Counted from the first letter of the whole stretch, positions 12,491 to 26,557 are shown. The stretch is DNA of 62,405 bases, filler included, from Choristocarpus tenellus KU-1152 (GCA_964200185.2; 12 parts of 12 records of this genome joined end to end with filler, not necessarily neighbours in it), one strand, 5' to 3'. Notes: generated by a model from the letters alone, not told the origin. Made by a program: numbers and translations.

Positions 12491-14313
12491 GGGTCCCACT
12501 TTAGTGCGGTGTAGTGACAAGAAGCATTTACCACACTATTGCGGGACCTCGCACTATTCGTTAACGTTCCTGAATAGTGCGGTCACCACACTATTCGAGG
12601 AAATCATCTATATCCGCGCGTATTTCAGAGTAATGACACACCGTAAACACATACCTGGTACGGCAGTATCGCCTACCGCGCAAAAACAATGTGTGCGGCC
12701 ACCTGGATAATATGGAGTGTGATGAGAGGACGGTCGCGGCTGCTTGTTTCGGGTACTGTACTGCTGTATGAAGCTGTAACTGTTGTGTTTGTGGCAACGC
12801 ATTCCGTACCATGCACATTGTGTCATATCGCATAGACAGCGGTACTGGACAATGTACAGCAGTACTGTACAGTACGTACTGTATCCAGAAAAGGAATAAC
12901 AGCAGTATGGTCCTGATGTAGTGTTGTTGTATCTCTCGCATATCATTGCAATACACGATACGTTTCAGAGTACGGCTCATGCTCAGAGCCCTGATGACGA
13001 TCCATTCATACTGTACTCGTATCACCGCACACCGCACTCAAAATCCACCACGTGTCAGAACGCAGAGCAGGAGGACTGACTGCCCGTGCCCGAGCCTACT
13101 CGTCGCTTCTACACCGAAGCATAACCGAACAGGACCACCAGTGATACACCTGAAAATCAAGACAAATACAGCTGGAATTAAGACACTGAACCACTACCAC
13201 CCTGCTCTCCACTACATATCCCTCTCTGGTAGACTCGCAAAGGCTATAATGTCTGTCTGTTATACAGGCTTAGAGGCATGCGCATTGATCATTGCCATCC
13301 TGGCCTTCTGTAGGTGGAAAGCGGCCTCCTGCATGCCACATTTCTCGGCGATGGTCTCCAAGTGATGGAANNNNNNNNNNNNNNNNNNNNNNNNNNNNNN
13401 NNNNNNNNNNNNNNTTAATTAATTAANNNNNNNNNNNNNNNNNNNNNNNNNNNNNNNNNNNNNNNNNNNNCCACACGGGATGGTCGACATCTTGATATCT
13501 GGGCATTGACTGACTGGGTGTAGGTAGTAAGAACGATTCACTTGTTCTATTGCGTCTCCCCAACGATGGGGGGGGGGCTCTTAACCCCTCTTGCAAACCT
13601 TCACATGCACTCCCTCTCCTTCTGGGCAGTTACAAACCCTGCCACATATCGATGTATGAGTAACCAACACCATCTCAGGTAAACAAGACAAAAAAACAAC
13701 AAAACAATATCCACCCACCCACCCATCCATCCAATATCCATCCATGCAAGTAAAGGTTAGTTCGAGGCAACAGTATTTAATGTACAATATTTGAACACTT
13801 TGCTTCAGAGTAATCTTTTCCGGAAGGACATGGCAGGGGGAGGGGGACAGTATGGAGAACTGACCAGGACCATGACTACAGAGAAGGCCTTCAATGGAGG
13901 GAAGCGGTCAACCTGAGAGTATTGCCAAGGACATATTCTTGATCAATCACTCACCAATGCCGCAATTCAGTTGCAAGACCAGAGGTCCAATGCTCACAAA
14001 TGTCTTTCAAGAGGATACTAAGGGGGGGAGCATAAAGAAAGAGGGCCCATCCCACTCTGGGAATGATGTGAGAGGATACGTATCTCTTGAGATTGAAATG
14101 ACCCAAGACCCAGGGTATTACAAACTTGAAACCCACCCAAATAGGAACATTGACACCTTCAACAATAGCGACAAATTAATTAGAGCCAGTTCCCTCACAA
14201 AAAAAGGGTTTCAATCCCAAGTGAAAAAAAACAAAATAGCAACAGTTCCAACTCCCTTACCTCTCCTTGTTCTACTACTGTTGGTACATTGGTTACCTCA
14301 AGGGAGGACTCAC

Positions 14314-17300
14314 CACACGTTCAATGTCTGAACATGCCCGCAGCGCTCTCAAGCAGGTAGAAGCAAGTCCAGCACGTGGAGGATCAAGTACTGCTGCAAG
14401 CTTGACAGGCTTATTTCCACACACACACACAGGAAAAAACAATTGAAAAAAATAGTGACAGATAGGTCTTTGTCAATGTATGTATCATCATTGACATTGG
14501 CATGGTTGAAGTCAACAGTGATGGCATTGATCAAGTACATAGAATCATCTCATCACATACCTGATCTGTGCTTGCCCCTCCTTTGCCCTCAGATGCATAA
14601 CGGGCCTTGCAAAGCAGGTCTTTTAGAGCTACCTCTGCCTGTGGGCAAAAATGGGAAAATCGTCACCAAGGAGGGGTGAGGGAAGGCATGGCCATTTTAG
14701 TGCTATTTTCATGGACCACACTTGATGAGGCAATCAATGACAGGACAGCTCTTGATCAACTGTCCAACATGAATATTTATGTTTGTGTGAAGGGTTAGGG
14801 AGGTCACATGAGAAGGAAAAGGACAGGTCTGCCTGCAGCACTGCACGCTGTTGTGTGAAATACAATAAAAATAAAATACAACTAAGAGTAAGCCAAATTG
14901 GCACTGCCAAGCCTCTTTCTTCTCTTCAACACTTTGTTCTTATACACTGAACAGAAACTCTGTTTTGACTGCAGAATACAACCACTGTAGAAAACGATGC
15001 ATGCATACCTTTGATATACTCTCAAGGGAGATTAATGAAATCAGATAGAACCAATTTTTCAAATTTGCAAGAATCAACCAGCAAGAAAACCTACTTCATG
15101 TCAATACCTCAAGGGAACAACAATGAGAGCGTACCAGTGACATCTCTCAGCTCATTTCCTACTACCCTCAAATTATTCAGCACCCTTTTAAGACCACACC
15201 AAAAATGAGACAGTATTTCATGTTATTGATCCTCAAATAAACACACACCCGTCACCCATCAATCATCACCTATCAAAATCAAAATGACTGAGTAAAGTAA
15301 CTGTTGAGAGTGACGAATGCTTAAGATAGCGCATTAAGACCTCGGCCCTAACCCTAACCTTATTAACTAATAGGCTAAGATTGTTCAACTCATTCCATGA
15401 TGTTATTGCTTCCAACAAACATTACACACATTACATACAGCACACACCCTGTCACAGATGAACTCCGCATTGGATACACTATTGACCTCGGCATTGCGCC
15501 TAGCATCCTCCACAGCTGACTTGCATATCTCCACACCAATGACCTGTTTATCGTTTGCAAAACAGAGATCACAAAATATGAGAGGATACATCACTCCAGG
15601 TCTGAGAGACAACATCAATTGCAGCATTGTGGAGATACGGCTAAGGTTAGGAGATGAGGGCACAAGAACTAAACACCTAACAAAGTTCAATCTCGTCACA
15701 GCATACCGCTAAGCGGTATATACCTGAAAATACTAATAATGCTAATACTTACAGTGGCCTGTGTGGAAAGTAGCCAGTCTAAGAATATCAAGTTAAAATA
15801 ACTTGGACTAAGTCACCACATGGCTGCATGCTACAGTCCAACAAATTGTCACTATGTGATCTTATTGAAGTTAACAGCATGTTGAAATCAATGAGGATGA
15901 GGAGAAGAGAGGAGAGGAGAGTCCATTCCTGTTGTTGTAGTAAGGTTCGCTTAGTTTGAGCGCTCACAGAAAGCACTAGGTCTCCATAGAACTGCTTCAA
16001 CTACAGAGTGCCCCGTAGCAGAAGGCGGACTTCTCTGAGGCTGGATGGAGGGGACATGTGCTTTAAAATTCTGAATAAATGATATATCCCCTCTGTTAGA
16101 GTCTCCTTTGATTAAAATAATACCAATGATAACACCGACGTGAAGCATGATACCGATGATAACAACAATAACATACCAATATTAACAATAATAACAACAG
16201 AGGTCCTTGATTGCCTTAGTCAGCCTCCTCTAGACTATGGAGTTACACCATTTCACATTGCTTCATGTTCCATAACCATTCCGCAACCAATCACTAAACT
16301 GTCCTACTACTGTATTTGTCACTCCAAGCATTGTAAAAATACTCTCATCTCTGAGTACTCACTAAAATAGAGTGGGATCAGACACATCAAATCAATAACT
16401 CTCCAACATACTGTAAGCAAGAAATGGCAGAGGTGTTGAATGAACACACTCTCAAGCCCTAACCTCAATTAATGTTTGGTCACTCTTCTATTTACTATTG
16501 TATTACTATTATGTATTATATACCTCAAGAACAACTGACTACCCAAAGTCAGATTACTCATCATTGATTAGTATTTCCCACAAATTTTGTGATAAATTCA
16601 AGCCACACTATCATTTCTACTATTACTATTACTACTACTACTACTACTACGAGAAATCTTTCCTTCTCTCTACAAGCCTCAGTATAATAATAAAATTAGT
16701 ATCAATGATCAGATCAATCAATTTGTCTTGTAACCCTAACCCTAATCCTGACAGAGGAGTGTATAATGCTTCAATTGTTACAGTATTCAACTGTATGCTA
16801 TGTTCCTAACAAACAGTATGCTTCAGACACCTACATGAAAGACACACCACACAGGTGCATTGCCCGTCATCTTGATCAAAATTAAAGGTATAAAATTAGT
16901 AGTCTCAAATGTTTTATTATTATTATAATTAATATCCACAAAGTCTGGGAAAAGAACAAGCACCAACCCTAATCCTAACTCTCTTTTTATGGTATTATAT
17001 TATTGCAGTGCTAGCAGTGCTTGATGAGGGTTAAGGTTAGAAATGGAGTAAAAAACAAAATGACAAGTTCTTTTTATATTATAATATAAATTAATCACTC
17101 TCCTTTGTTTACTACAACAGTAAGGATTATTCTACACCATAAACAATCAACATTTTAATCACTATCTCATTGAAATATGACTATCGCATTAAAATATGAC
17201 ATTTTTTATTACACCTTTTCAACTATGTGATAACTCTCTACAATTCATGGGAGTATAATTGTACAATCTAATGAAAAATAAAAAAACGATACATACTGCA

Positions 17301-20300
17301 AACAAATATAGTAATCCAAAAAAAGACAGGTCTGACCCACAACACATATTAATACTATCAATAGCTAAAGTACAGTCATTATGAAACTAGTATTATGGTG
17401 CTCAACAATTTTTTGAATCGAGAATCGGCACACATGACTCACAGAATAGAAATATGAATAGAAATATGAATAGAAATGTAAATTCACAGCCAAGTCATTG
17501 TCATACACACTTTAAAAAAATCATTTTTTCTTCTACTTCTTACAATCTCCTTACTATTTAAATAAATAGACCAAGAACATCAGGATATAAAAATAGTAAA
17601 TGCAAAATACCTTCTTTGCTCCCGCACCCTTGGCAGCACACAACCCAATAGTCCCTGCCCCACAGCAGACATCCACCACAGTCACTTCCTCTCCTAGTGT
17701 CAGATTCTGGGTGACAATAGTGTTTAATGTGTTAGAGATACGTAGTGTGTGTTGTGTATTGTGAGCATGTGTGTCCTACACTGGTACACCAGAATTGTAA
17801 CCCTTACCCTTGCATGTACCGAGAGGTTAAATCCATAGATGTTAATTTTACTGTTATAGTGTTAGTATTTACTCAATGATACACAACAACAAAAAAGATT
17901 CACCATGCATAAAAACAAAAAACAGAGGATACTTAATTAGGATACTAGACATGGTCCACCTTCCACACCAGCTTCATAAGTGGTATGTGGTAAGTGGTAA
18001 GTGGTAAGTATTAAGTCAACTATTCAAAAAAACATTTTTTTTCAGTCATGAGGACAAGTTTAGCTGTTGACCTCTGTGGTTCACATGCAAATCACAAAAC
18101 AAATTCCGGAGCAACCAACCCCTGCAAACACTGCTGTTAAGCTGTGTTATGTTAAGTTATGTTATGTTGCTCTTATTATTACAATTATTATTTTCAACAG
18201 CCCATCAATATCCCCCTTAACAAAAAATATGAAATCACGTCAAGATCAATCTCGAGCAAAATAAAGAATAATAATAGAATCAAAAATAACAAACTGTACA
18301 TATATATATATATTTTTTTTTTCCCTAGCAACGGGATGGATAATTAAAACAAAAAACTGTGGTCACATCCTCACACTGTTGACCAAAGGTTAACAAGATC
18401 ACAATGTGTTCTCATACCCCACCCTCAATAATACAACCCCACTCCCAAAATCAATGTTTATAGTGAGGTACATTCAATACAACATAAGAGTACTCGGTTA
18501 CTGTATATATCATAATCACATCCATTACCATTACCTATTACCTATTAAGACACTATTACCTATTACCCATTAACACACTATTGTTACTGTATATATCATA
18601 ATCATATCCATTACCATTACCTATTAAAACACTATTACCTATTACCTATTAAGGCACTATTGTCTATTAACTACCAACTATTAACACACTATGTCTCATT
18701 GTCTTGTCCCATCCTCACCTCTATGACCTTCTTGTACAGCTCTTCTGCACCCCTGGTATTAACCTGGAAAAATGACTGTGGGGAGACTGAGAATGTCAGC
18801 CCCAACAGGTTGTCCTCAATGCGATCCTTTCCCCACAACCTCACTACAGGGTTAGCCTCATCGGGGACACTCAGTCCTCTGTAGTCTTGAATGTGCAGCG
18901 ACACCTGAAGTGTTAGGGTTATGGGTAAAGCTATTAGTGTTAGGGTTATGGATAAAGCTATTAGTGCTGGTGTTATAGATAGAACTATTAGTGTGTTGTA
19001 GGCACTGTTTTTAGTGTTAGTGTGATGGGTAAGGCTATTAGTGTGTTATAGGCACTGCTTTTAGTGTTGGTGATATAGATAGAACTATTAGTGTGTTGTA
19101 GGTACTGTTTTTAGTGTTAGTGTTATGGGTAAAGCTATTAGTGTGTTATAGGCACTGCTTTTAGTGTTGGTGTTATGGGTAAAGCTATTAGTGTGTTATA
19201 GGCATTGTTGTTGGTGTTGGTGTTATGGGTAAAGCTATTAGTGTGTTATAGGCACTGCTGTTAGTGTTGGTGTTATGGATAAAGCTCTTAGTGTGTTATA
19301 GGCACTGTTTTTAGTGTTAGTGTTATGGACAGTATTCAAGAACAAACCAATAATAATGATCATACTTAAAGTGTTACAGCAGGGAGCAAATGTATTGCTC
19401 GGAGAAGAAGAAATTTCTACCAATCAGACGTCTGGATGTCAAAGTTCAGCCAATGAGGCGAACTGTGCACCATAACACAAAGTACCATAATTTTCCAAGA
19501 GAGTGCTAACTAAAAATGTATATTAAAATGGGTGGGAAGGGGGGGGGAGGTTCAAGGCAGCTAAATCATATTATTATTATCACCTCCTGATCAAGACCAT
19601 ACTATTATTATCCCTCACAACAACAGGACAACAATGAAGATGTAAAATTTGATCTGAAGCATGCCTGTTACCTGAATCTCTTCATTGTTTCCACCAAATT
19701 GATCTGAGGTTTTCCACAAAATGGGGTAAGGCAGTGGGTGGCATAACTGGGAATGATTAAGATCGGGATTGGGGTACTAATATAATGTTGTATTAGTATT
19801 AGTATTAGTATCAATGTGGGCTGGCTTTGAATCACAAATTAGAAAAAGAGAATAGTAACATTTGACTCTTTCCTACAAGTACTAGAGCAATGGGGGTATC
19901 ATAGAAATATGCATTCCATCGGAGACTGCAGTTCACACTGGTGAGTGAAGGTCATTAGGTACGTCTACACATTAGGTACACTCCTCAAACTGACAATTCA
20001 GCAAGGTACATGTATGGGGAGAACATAGATAGGCTATAGAAATAGGCTATAGAAATAGGCTATAGAGATAGGCTATAGAGAAACAAACAACAAATATGTA
20101 CTATGATGCACTAGTACCCTCCAGTCAGAACATTTATTCACACCTGTGCCATGCAAGATTTTTTATATTTGTCAACAGATAGCCTTCAAATGTATGTGAG
20201 CTGACAGCATGTAAAACATTGGTCATATCCCATTGGTCATACACCATTTGTCATAAAACATTGGCCATATACCATTGGTCATATCCCATTTGTCATATCC

Positions 20301-23300
20301 CATTTGTCATATCCCATTTTCCATAAAACATTGGCCATATACCATTGGTCATATCCCATTTGTCATACACCATTTGCCATAAAACATTGGCCATATACCA
20401 TTAGTCATATCCTATTTGTCACATACCATTTGCCATAAAACATTGGTCATATACCATGTACAAACAACAAAGTGAAGATGCCCTCCTCCTCCTTCTCCTA
20501 ATCACAAAGATATCTTAACTACCATCATCAATGAATCAAACACTATCCTCAGACTGAAAAAGGTTTAAAACAAAAAACAGTGGTTGCAGCTGTAGTCAAA
20601 AGGAAGCAGGTACAGACAAAAATCATACAAACGCCTTCCTAACTACTGCCAACACACCTATCCAAAGGTTAAGTTTCCTGCATCGTACATCACAGTCCAA
20701 GACAGCAAGGGTTAGGGCAAAAGAAATCAGAGTAAGAGCACTATCAAAGGAACAATCCGCATTCAAAACAAACAATATAAATAACCACTATCAAATAACC
20801 ACTATTAAATAACCACTATTAAATAACCACTATTAAATAACCACTATCAAATAACCACTATCAAATAACCACTATTAAATAACCACTATTAAATAACCAC
20901 TATCAAATAACCACTATCAAATAACCACTATCAAATAACCACTATCAAATAACCCTAACACTGACCAATACATACATATGCGGGATATGTTCTCCTACAA
21001 AAACGTAAAACACTCACAAGGTTTGTTCCCCCAATAGCACCTCCCTGTGCACCGTGAGAAGATTTGTTATCCATCTTTATATCCGAATCTGTAGATTCGA
21101 GAGTGTACTGTGCTTCCCCCCCCCCCCTCCCAGTTTTTGCTGTCCCCAGTGTGAGGGCAGAGATGAGACGCTGTTCCTCTTTCTTCCAATCAGGGGTGTC
21201 AATAATACCCCTGAGGTGTGTCAAAGGGTTAGGGTTAGGGTTAGGGTGAATCAACAATCTACAGTTTAATAATATTTTCGTTTTTTCGTTGGTACAAAAT
21301 TAATCTAAACCGAAACAGAGGTATGTAATTATTCTAATTATGTGTGTATATTATTTGTACATAATTGTGTCTAAATTGCCATTATTATGTCTGCATTTAT
21401 CTAGGTACACAACTTAATTTTTCCTCAACAGAAAATGATAAACTCTCAGAGGCTTAGGATACATGGAATAATAATCATAACAATAATAATAATAATAATC
21501 ATGCATGCCTAGGTGCGCAAGGATAAATTACTGTCACGTCATATCAGGTCTTGTCTTGTCATGTTATATCATGACATGTCTTACCTTAGATTGACAACAA
21601 CAGACACCATGCTCTCTCCAGAATGCTCTGATCTCCGAATCATGAGCAAACGCCACACGCCTTCCTTTGTTTCCTGTGTTAGTGTTAGTGTTAGCGTGTT
21701 AACCAGGGTAGTATGCACTAAAACAATGAATAAAATTTGGCGAGGGAGAGATGCATGACAACTAAATGGGTCTGCATGATACCTGAAAGGCGTACTGTAA
21801 CAATTCTACAATATGAGAAAAGATCATTGTAGGTAAGAGAGAAAAGTCAGGTGCAAGACAAACATTCATTCAAGTAAGTTCATAGACATACCACACCAGT
21901 CACACAGGGTTGTTGAATATCGTTATACATGGCGAGGTCATGCAAAGGCAGACCAAGAAGAGAGTGGTACAGTCTGTGGCAAGAGAGTACTTCTTTGGGA
22001 GGGACTATGAGGACTATGAGGACTAAAAAAAACAAAACATGACAACTTGATGCAATGGTGATCTATAGGTGTGATTCTAGTTGATTCTAAGTTGGTCTGT
22101 CAGAGTCAGTGTGTGATTCTCACATCTTGGTAGGGACTGTAACAAGAACTCCGCATGAAGCCATCCATGATCACACAGATGTGTTTCATGTCTTGATGCA
22201 CCTTTAATAATGAAAAATGTTGTAGGCGGACAAGCATAAAAAATCAAACAATCAATCAAACATCAAACAATCAATCAATCAAACATCAATCAAACACGCA
22301 AACAATCAATCAATCAAACATACAATCAAACACACAAACAATCAATCAATCAATCAAACACGCAAACAATCAATCAATCAAATATACAAACAATCAAACA
22401 ATCAATCAATCTAACATCGATCAAACACGCAAACAATCAAACATACAAACAATCAATCAATCAAACACGCAAACAATCAATCAATCAAACACGCAAACAA
22501 TCAATCAAACAATCAATCAAGCATACTATCAATAAAGGAAACAATAAATCAAAATCAAGAAAACAAAGAGGAACTGTCGAGGCCACCACAAAGAGGGCTG
22601 ACTCAACCAAACAGGTCTACAAAGGCGAGCTTGAAGCATCAACCAGGAGAGGTAGGTCTGCAATTGAAACACACAACACCAATGACACAATGACAGCAAA
22701 CCAACCAATCAGAAGGCATCTTCCACATATTATTATTTATACCTGTGGGCAGTCCTGTGGCGACCCCACAGTTGTATTTTGTCCTTTCCTAAAACCAGAC
22801 AGGCGAAATCCGGCAGTGGGCTGTCCTTGATCATTGAGGGCCAGGGTAAACTCACACTTGTTGCGATAGCCCTTAGGGTTAGGGTTAGGGTCAGGAGTGG
22901 AGTTAGGGTTAGGGTTAGGGTTTGGACCAGCACATCTCTTTTGTCACAATGTTAGGTGCTTCTTGTATCAATAGGATGCTGTAGAACCACGGTCAATGAA
23001 CAACTCTTAAAACATGTCTGTTATGTCTGTTTTCAAAAGTACACCAAAAAGGTGATGGACTAGTGGTGAGTGATGAGCGATGGATGATTTCAACTCTTAA
23101 AACATGTCTGTTATGTCTGTTTTCAAAAGTACACCAAAAAGGTGATGGACTAGTGGTGAGTGATGGATGATGGATGATGGATGATTTCAACTCTTCGTGG
23201 AGTCTCGGACGATGGAGGTTCAACTCTTCTGATTGGTCACCGGCAAAGGCCAATCACAGCAACACCTCCCCCTGGAGGCAGCACCAAACAAGGTTTCTGT

Positions 23301-26032
23301 TCCAAACTGCTGAAGAGACCCAAAACACTCACAAAACAACAAACTCATTAATTTCCTTGTGATTGTACAGTTCTGGACCAGTACTACCAGAGTACCTATG
23401 TCAACCAATAGTGACAGTAGAGGGCTACTAAATAACACTCTACTATTCCTATTACTACTATTACAATGATACAAAAAAGAGCAGTAATTCACACATTTCC
23501 TTCCTCAATTTAACCTTAGGGTTAGGGTTGACTGGAAATAGACAAGATTGATGTAGTCCAGTTAGTCCCATTAAAGTCCTATTAAACTAGACAATACGAA
23601 CAAGAAAGCAACACCTTGGACAAAATAGGGTACAGTACAACCAACCCCTTGTCCGCTAAACACACTCACACACACCAGTAACACAACACCCCAACCCTAA
23701 CATAGTACTAGTACTACTAACATACACTGTCAGCAAATAAAATTACTCCAGGATACACTAGTACAAATAAGAGAGAGATCCAGCGAATCAATCAAGAGAA
23801 CTCTCCTCAACAAATAAAAAAGATTAAAGTACACAAAAAGCTGCATACATACATGTACATAATACATATATATACATACATATTATGAATAATATGTATG
23901 TATGAATAGAAGTGACCTCAATCTTGTCCTTGCTCTACAAACTGTATGTGTGCATTGTCTCTCTTCCTCGTACCCTGTTAATAAAAAAACCCAGCAAATG
24001 ACAGCACAGCAGTCCCCCTTACAAAAACAAATAATGGAAAAAGACAGATGATACCAACCCAACCACACCTGTCACACATTCACATGATAACACCATTGAA
24101 AAATAATAAAATAAAATAAAATAAAATAAGACTATACCTATAATAAAATCACCTCCAACACAGGAGCACGAACAAACGGTTCCACCACAAAAGGAGGGTT
24201 TCGCTTGGCCTGCTTGGTCACCCCTGCAGTCCCCTTGAGAGGTTTCTTACACCACTGCGGCGTGGCGAGGTCCACCTTGGATGGCGTGGATGTCTCTTCA
24301 GTCCACCTTGCTTGGCGTTTTTGCTCCCTCCACCTCTTCTCCCATTCGTTTCTGAAGTATTTATACATCTTCATTAGTGCATTAATAATCACAACAATAC
24401 CACTATCATATTAACAACACTAGTATTACTATTAATACTGATGGACTACCTACAGCTCCAACCATTGCTACTACAAACTCCAGGGTGATTAGGTTCCCAC
24501 CTTGCACAATGCCAAACACTACTGAATTATTTCTGGATCAGAATATTCTCCAATTTTCTAACATATATTCTAACCCTAACCCTAACACTCATGGAATATG
24601 TGTTAAAATCCACACACTTTCACTCTGGATATTCAACTATTATTATTTATTATACAGAAAGCAACCAAAAACATATTCCAACAACTGCCAATCTATTTCA
24701 ATGTCAGACAGACCCTTCCATCACCTACCTCCCTTCACACCTGTGTTTTACAGAGCACTGATAATGCCAATTTTGTAGGAAAACCCAAACAGGAAAAGGA
24801 ACAAGGCCATGCTTACAACCTTTCCATGTCCATCACACATAGAGGTGGACACAGAACTAAACCAGACTTGAAATAAATACATGAAATAGGCAAATAGATA
24901 AAGTCAATAAAATAGATGTAAGAGATAAAATAGATACAAAGAGACCCCTCACACACAGAGGTGTTGAGGCTGTCCCAGCGTTTGACAGGTCATAACTTCG
25001 TAACTGTACAGGTTCTCACACACTAACTCAATTCACAGTCCAGACAGGAAGGACCCAGTTAGCTCCTTGGAGCACCTCCAAATTAGGTATGGTTAGGGGT
25101 AGGGTTAGGGTTACATTGGAATAACAGTCCGAACAGGCTAACATACTCCAGGACAGAAAATACTTTGATAGACAATTTCAGTATCAGTATCTGGATTTCA
25201 ATCAGTATTAGTATCTTGAGTTCAAATTGATTTCAAATTGCACCAACAAATTGATTCCAGAAAACACGAGGTTCAAAAAATATATTTTATAAAAAATCAC
25301 TTCTGACATGTAAGTAGTGGATATCTCAGGAACACAAAATCAAGGGTTAGGGTTAGGGTTCTTACGTCTCTAAACATCAGGAACGTCATTCTTGATATCT
25401 AATTCTAATAATAGAAAAAGACTTTCTATTCTTTCTTGTCTTGCAAGTTTTGTTCACAATTGTTAAAAATCACACCTTTTGGTTCTACACTCTTACCACT
25501 CTTATCACACCAAACAATTTGCAAGGTCTTACCATCATACCCACACCTAACCCTAACCCTAAGCAGTAACTGCTGTACTACTACGACTGCCTGTGGCTAC
25601 TTCACCCACTGTACACAAGAAAGTATTGATACAGTAAAGGTACATAAAAACACAAAACCCTACCGACAAAACTTATTATTATTATTATTGTTATTATTAT
25701 TATTACTGCAATAAAACTGCTGAAAAACCCATTAAAAAGTACCATGTCGAGATAAATAGGTAGGAAATAAATCATGGTTTACTACCTAGCAAAAAATAAT
25801 TGTTGCACCAATAGGATAAGTCTGCATCTCACACTAGCCAATAGGATGCCCTCATGCCCCTCACTCAGTATGTTGAATCTGTCAAGTACAGAATGACAGT
25901 GCAGAGGGGTTATCACCTGACAGCAGTAGGTATACGGAGGAAGCAGTCCTTGGTGAGAAGATCCATCTTGAACGATAATTGTTCTTCATATGACATTGTC
26001 CCATACAACACTGCAGTTGCCTCCACCACAGT
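14314..26032 (-). CDS. TRMT2A: tRNA (uracil-5-)-methyltransferase, TRM2/TRMT2A-like (TrmA/RlmD family), partial; exons 26032-25917, 24351-24153, 22871-22743, 22201-22124, 21673-21585, 21210-21018, 19746-19672, 18904-18719, 17706-17611, 15543-15448, 14638-14561, 14400-14314
   Basis: Family motifs appear in order: SYEEQLSFK, GYRNKCEFT, AGFRL, EGVWRLLMIRRS, LGLTFSVSPQSFFQVNTRGAEELY, VVDVCCGAGTIGL (SAM binding), VIGVEICKSAVEDARRNA, AVLDPPRAGL. All junctions are GT-AG with compatible phases. Exon 19746-19672 is less certain. The catalytic YxSC exon was not found in this contig. Confidence 0.95.
18498..18660. repeat. Local duplication plus (TTACCTA)n-like repeats in an intron
   Basis: TTACTGTATATATCATAATCAYATCCATTACCATTACCTATTA occurs twice, about 86 nt apart. 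Confidence 0.8.
18911..19328. repeat. Intronic minisatellite, ~50-bp unit
   Basis: Repeated TTAGTGTT(A/G)GTGTTATGGGTAAAGCTATTAGTGTGTTATAGGCACTG; abuts the acceptor of exon 18904-18719. Confidence 0.92.
20213..20457. repeat. Intronic minisatellite, 14-bp unit (CATTGGTCATATCC variants)
   Basis: About 17 tandem degenerate units visible. Confidence 0.92.
20779..20954. repeat. Intronic minisatellite (AAATAACCACTATY), about 12.5 units
   Basis: Near-perfect 14-bp tandem units. Confidence 0.95.
22242..22520. repeat. CAAT/CAAA compound microsatellite
   Basis: Direct inspection. Confidence 0.9.
22873..22922. repeat. Interstitial telomere-type (TTAGGG)n tracts forming the 3' end of a TRMT2A intron
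   Basis: Two (TTAGGG)3 blocks; the minus strand reads ...CCCTAACCCTAACCCTAAG|GGC TAT CGC AAC AAG. Confidence 0.92.
23001..23165. repeat. Tandem duplication, 75-bp identical block with 90-bp period
   Basis: CAACTCTTAAAACATG...GTGAGTGATG at 23001-23075 and 23091-23165. Confidence 0.92.
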
Positions 26033-26321
26033 CTTTGGGTGCCATGGCATTAGAATGTTTTTGGTGTGGTGGTGGTGGTGGTGGTTGAGGGGGAGTAAAG
26101 AATGAGAGTAAAGAATGAGAGATAAAGGCATCTGAAAAAAACTGGAATTTTCTTGACATTGGACATTGGTAGACCATGGTCTTATCACAGTTAAGACAAC
26201 CATTCCAATAAATCTGATCAGAGAAGAATGATCGACTTCATTAGGTATTGAAAGCCTAGCCCTAGCCCTAACCCTAACTCTTCTATGGGTGTGGTGCAAT
26301 CTAATCAAATCTTTGATTCCA

Positions 26322-26400
<79 letters not shown>

Positions 26401-26534
26401 GCCCCTCAAGTAAGGGGGGGGGGGGGGGGGGGGGNNNNNNNNNNNNNNNNNNNNNNNNNNNNNNNNNNNNNNNNNNNNTTAATTAATTAANNNNNNNNNN
26501 NNNNNNNNNNNNNNNNNNNNNNNNNNNNNNNNNN

Positions 26535-26557
26535 CCCCCTCCCAGTTACTTTGGGTC
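26535..26557. mobile_element. MITE family Y TIR at contig edge
   Basis: CCCCCTCCCAGTTACTTTGGGTC. Confidence 0.55.

Noticed and set aside
23918-23974. Candidate TRMT2A exon (GYEEERQC...)
   Set aside because: The frame required by the phase-0 upstream exon hits a stop, and the true GYRNKCEF exon at 22871 joins directly.
26325-26434. Long poly-G and poly-C runs at contig ends (also 7280-7345, 34399-34428, 34529-34610) and the poly-Pro/Gly ORFs they create
   Set aside because: Low-complexity or low-quality contig termini; the ORFs run into the N linkers.
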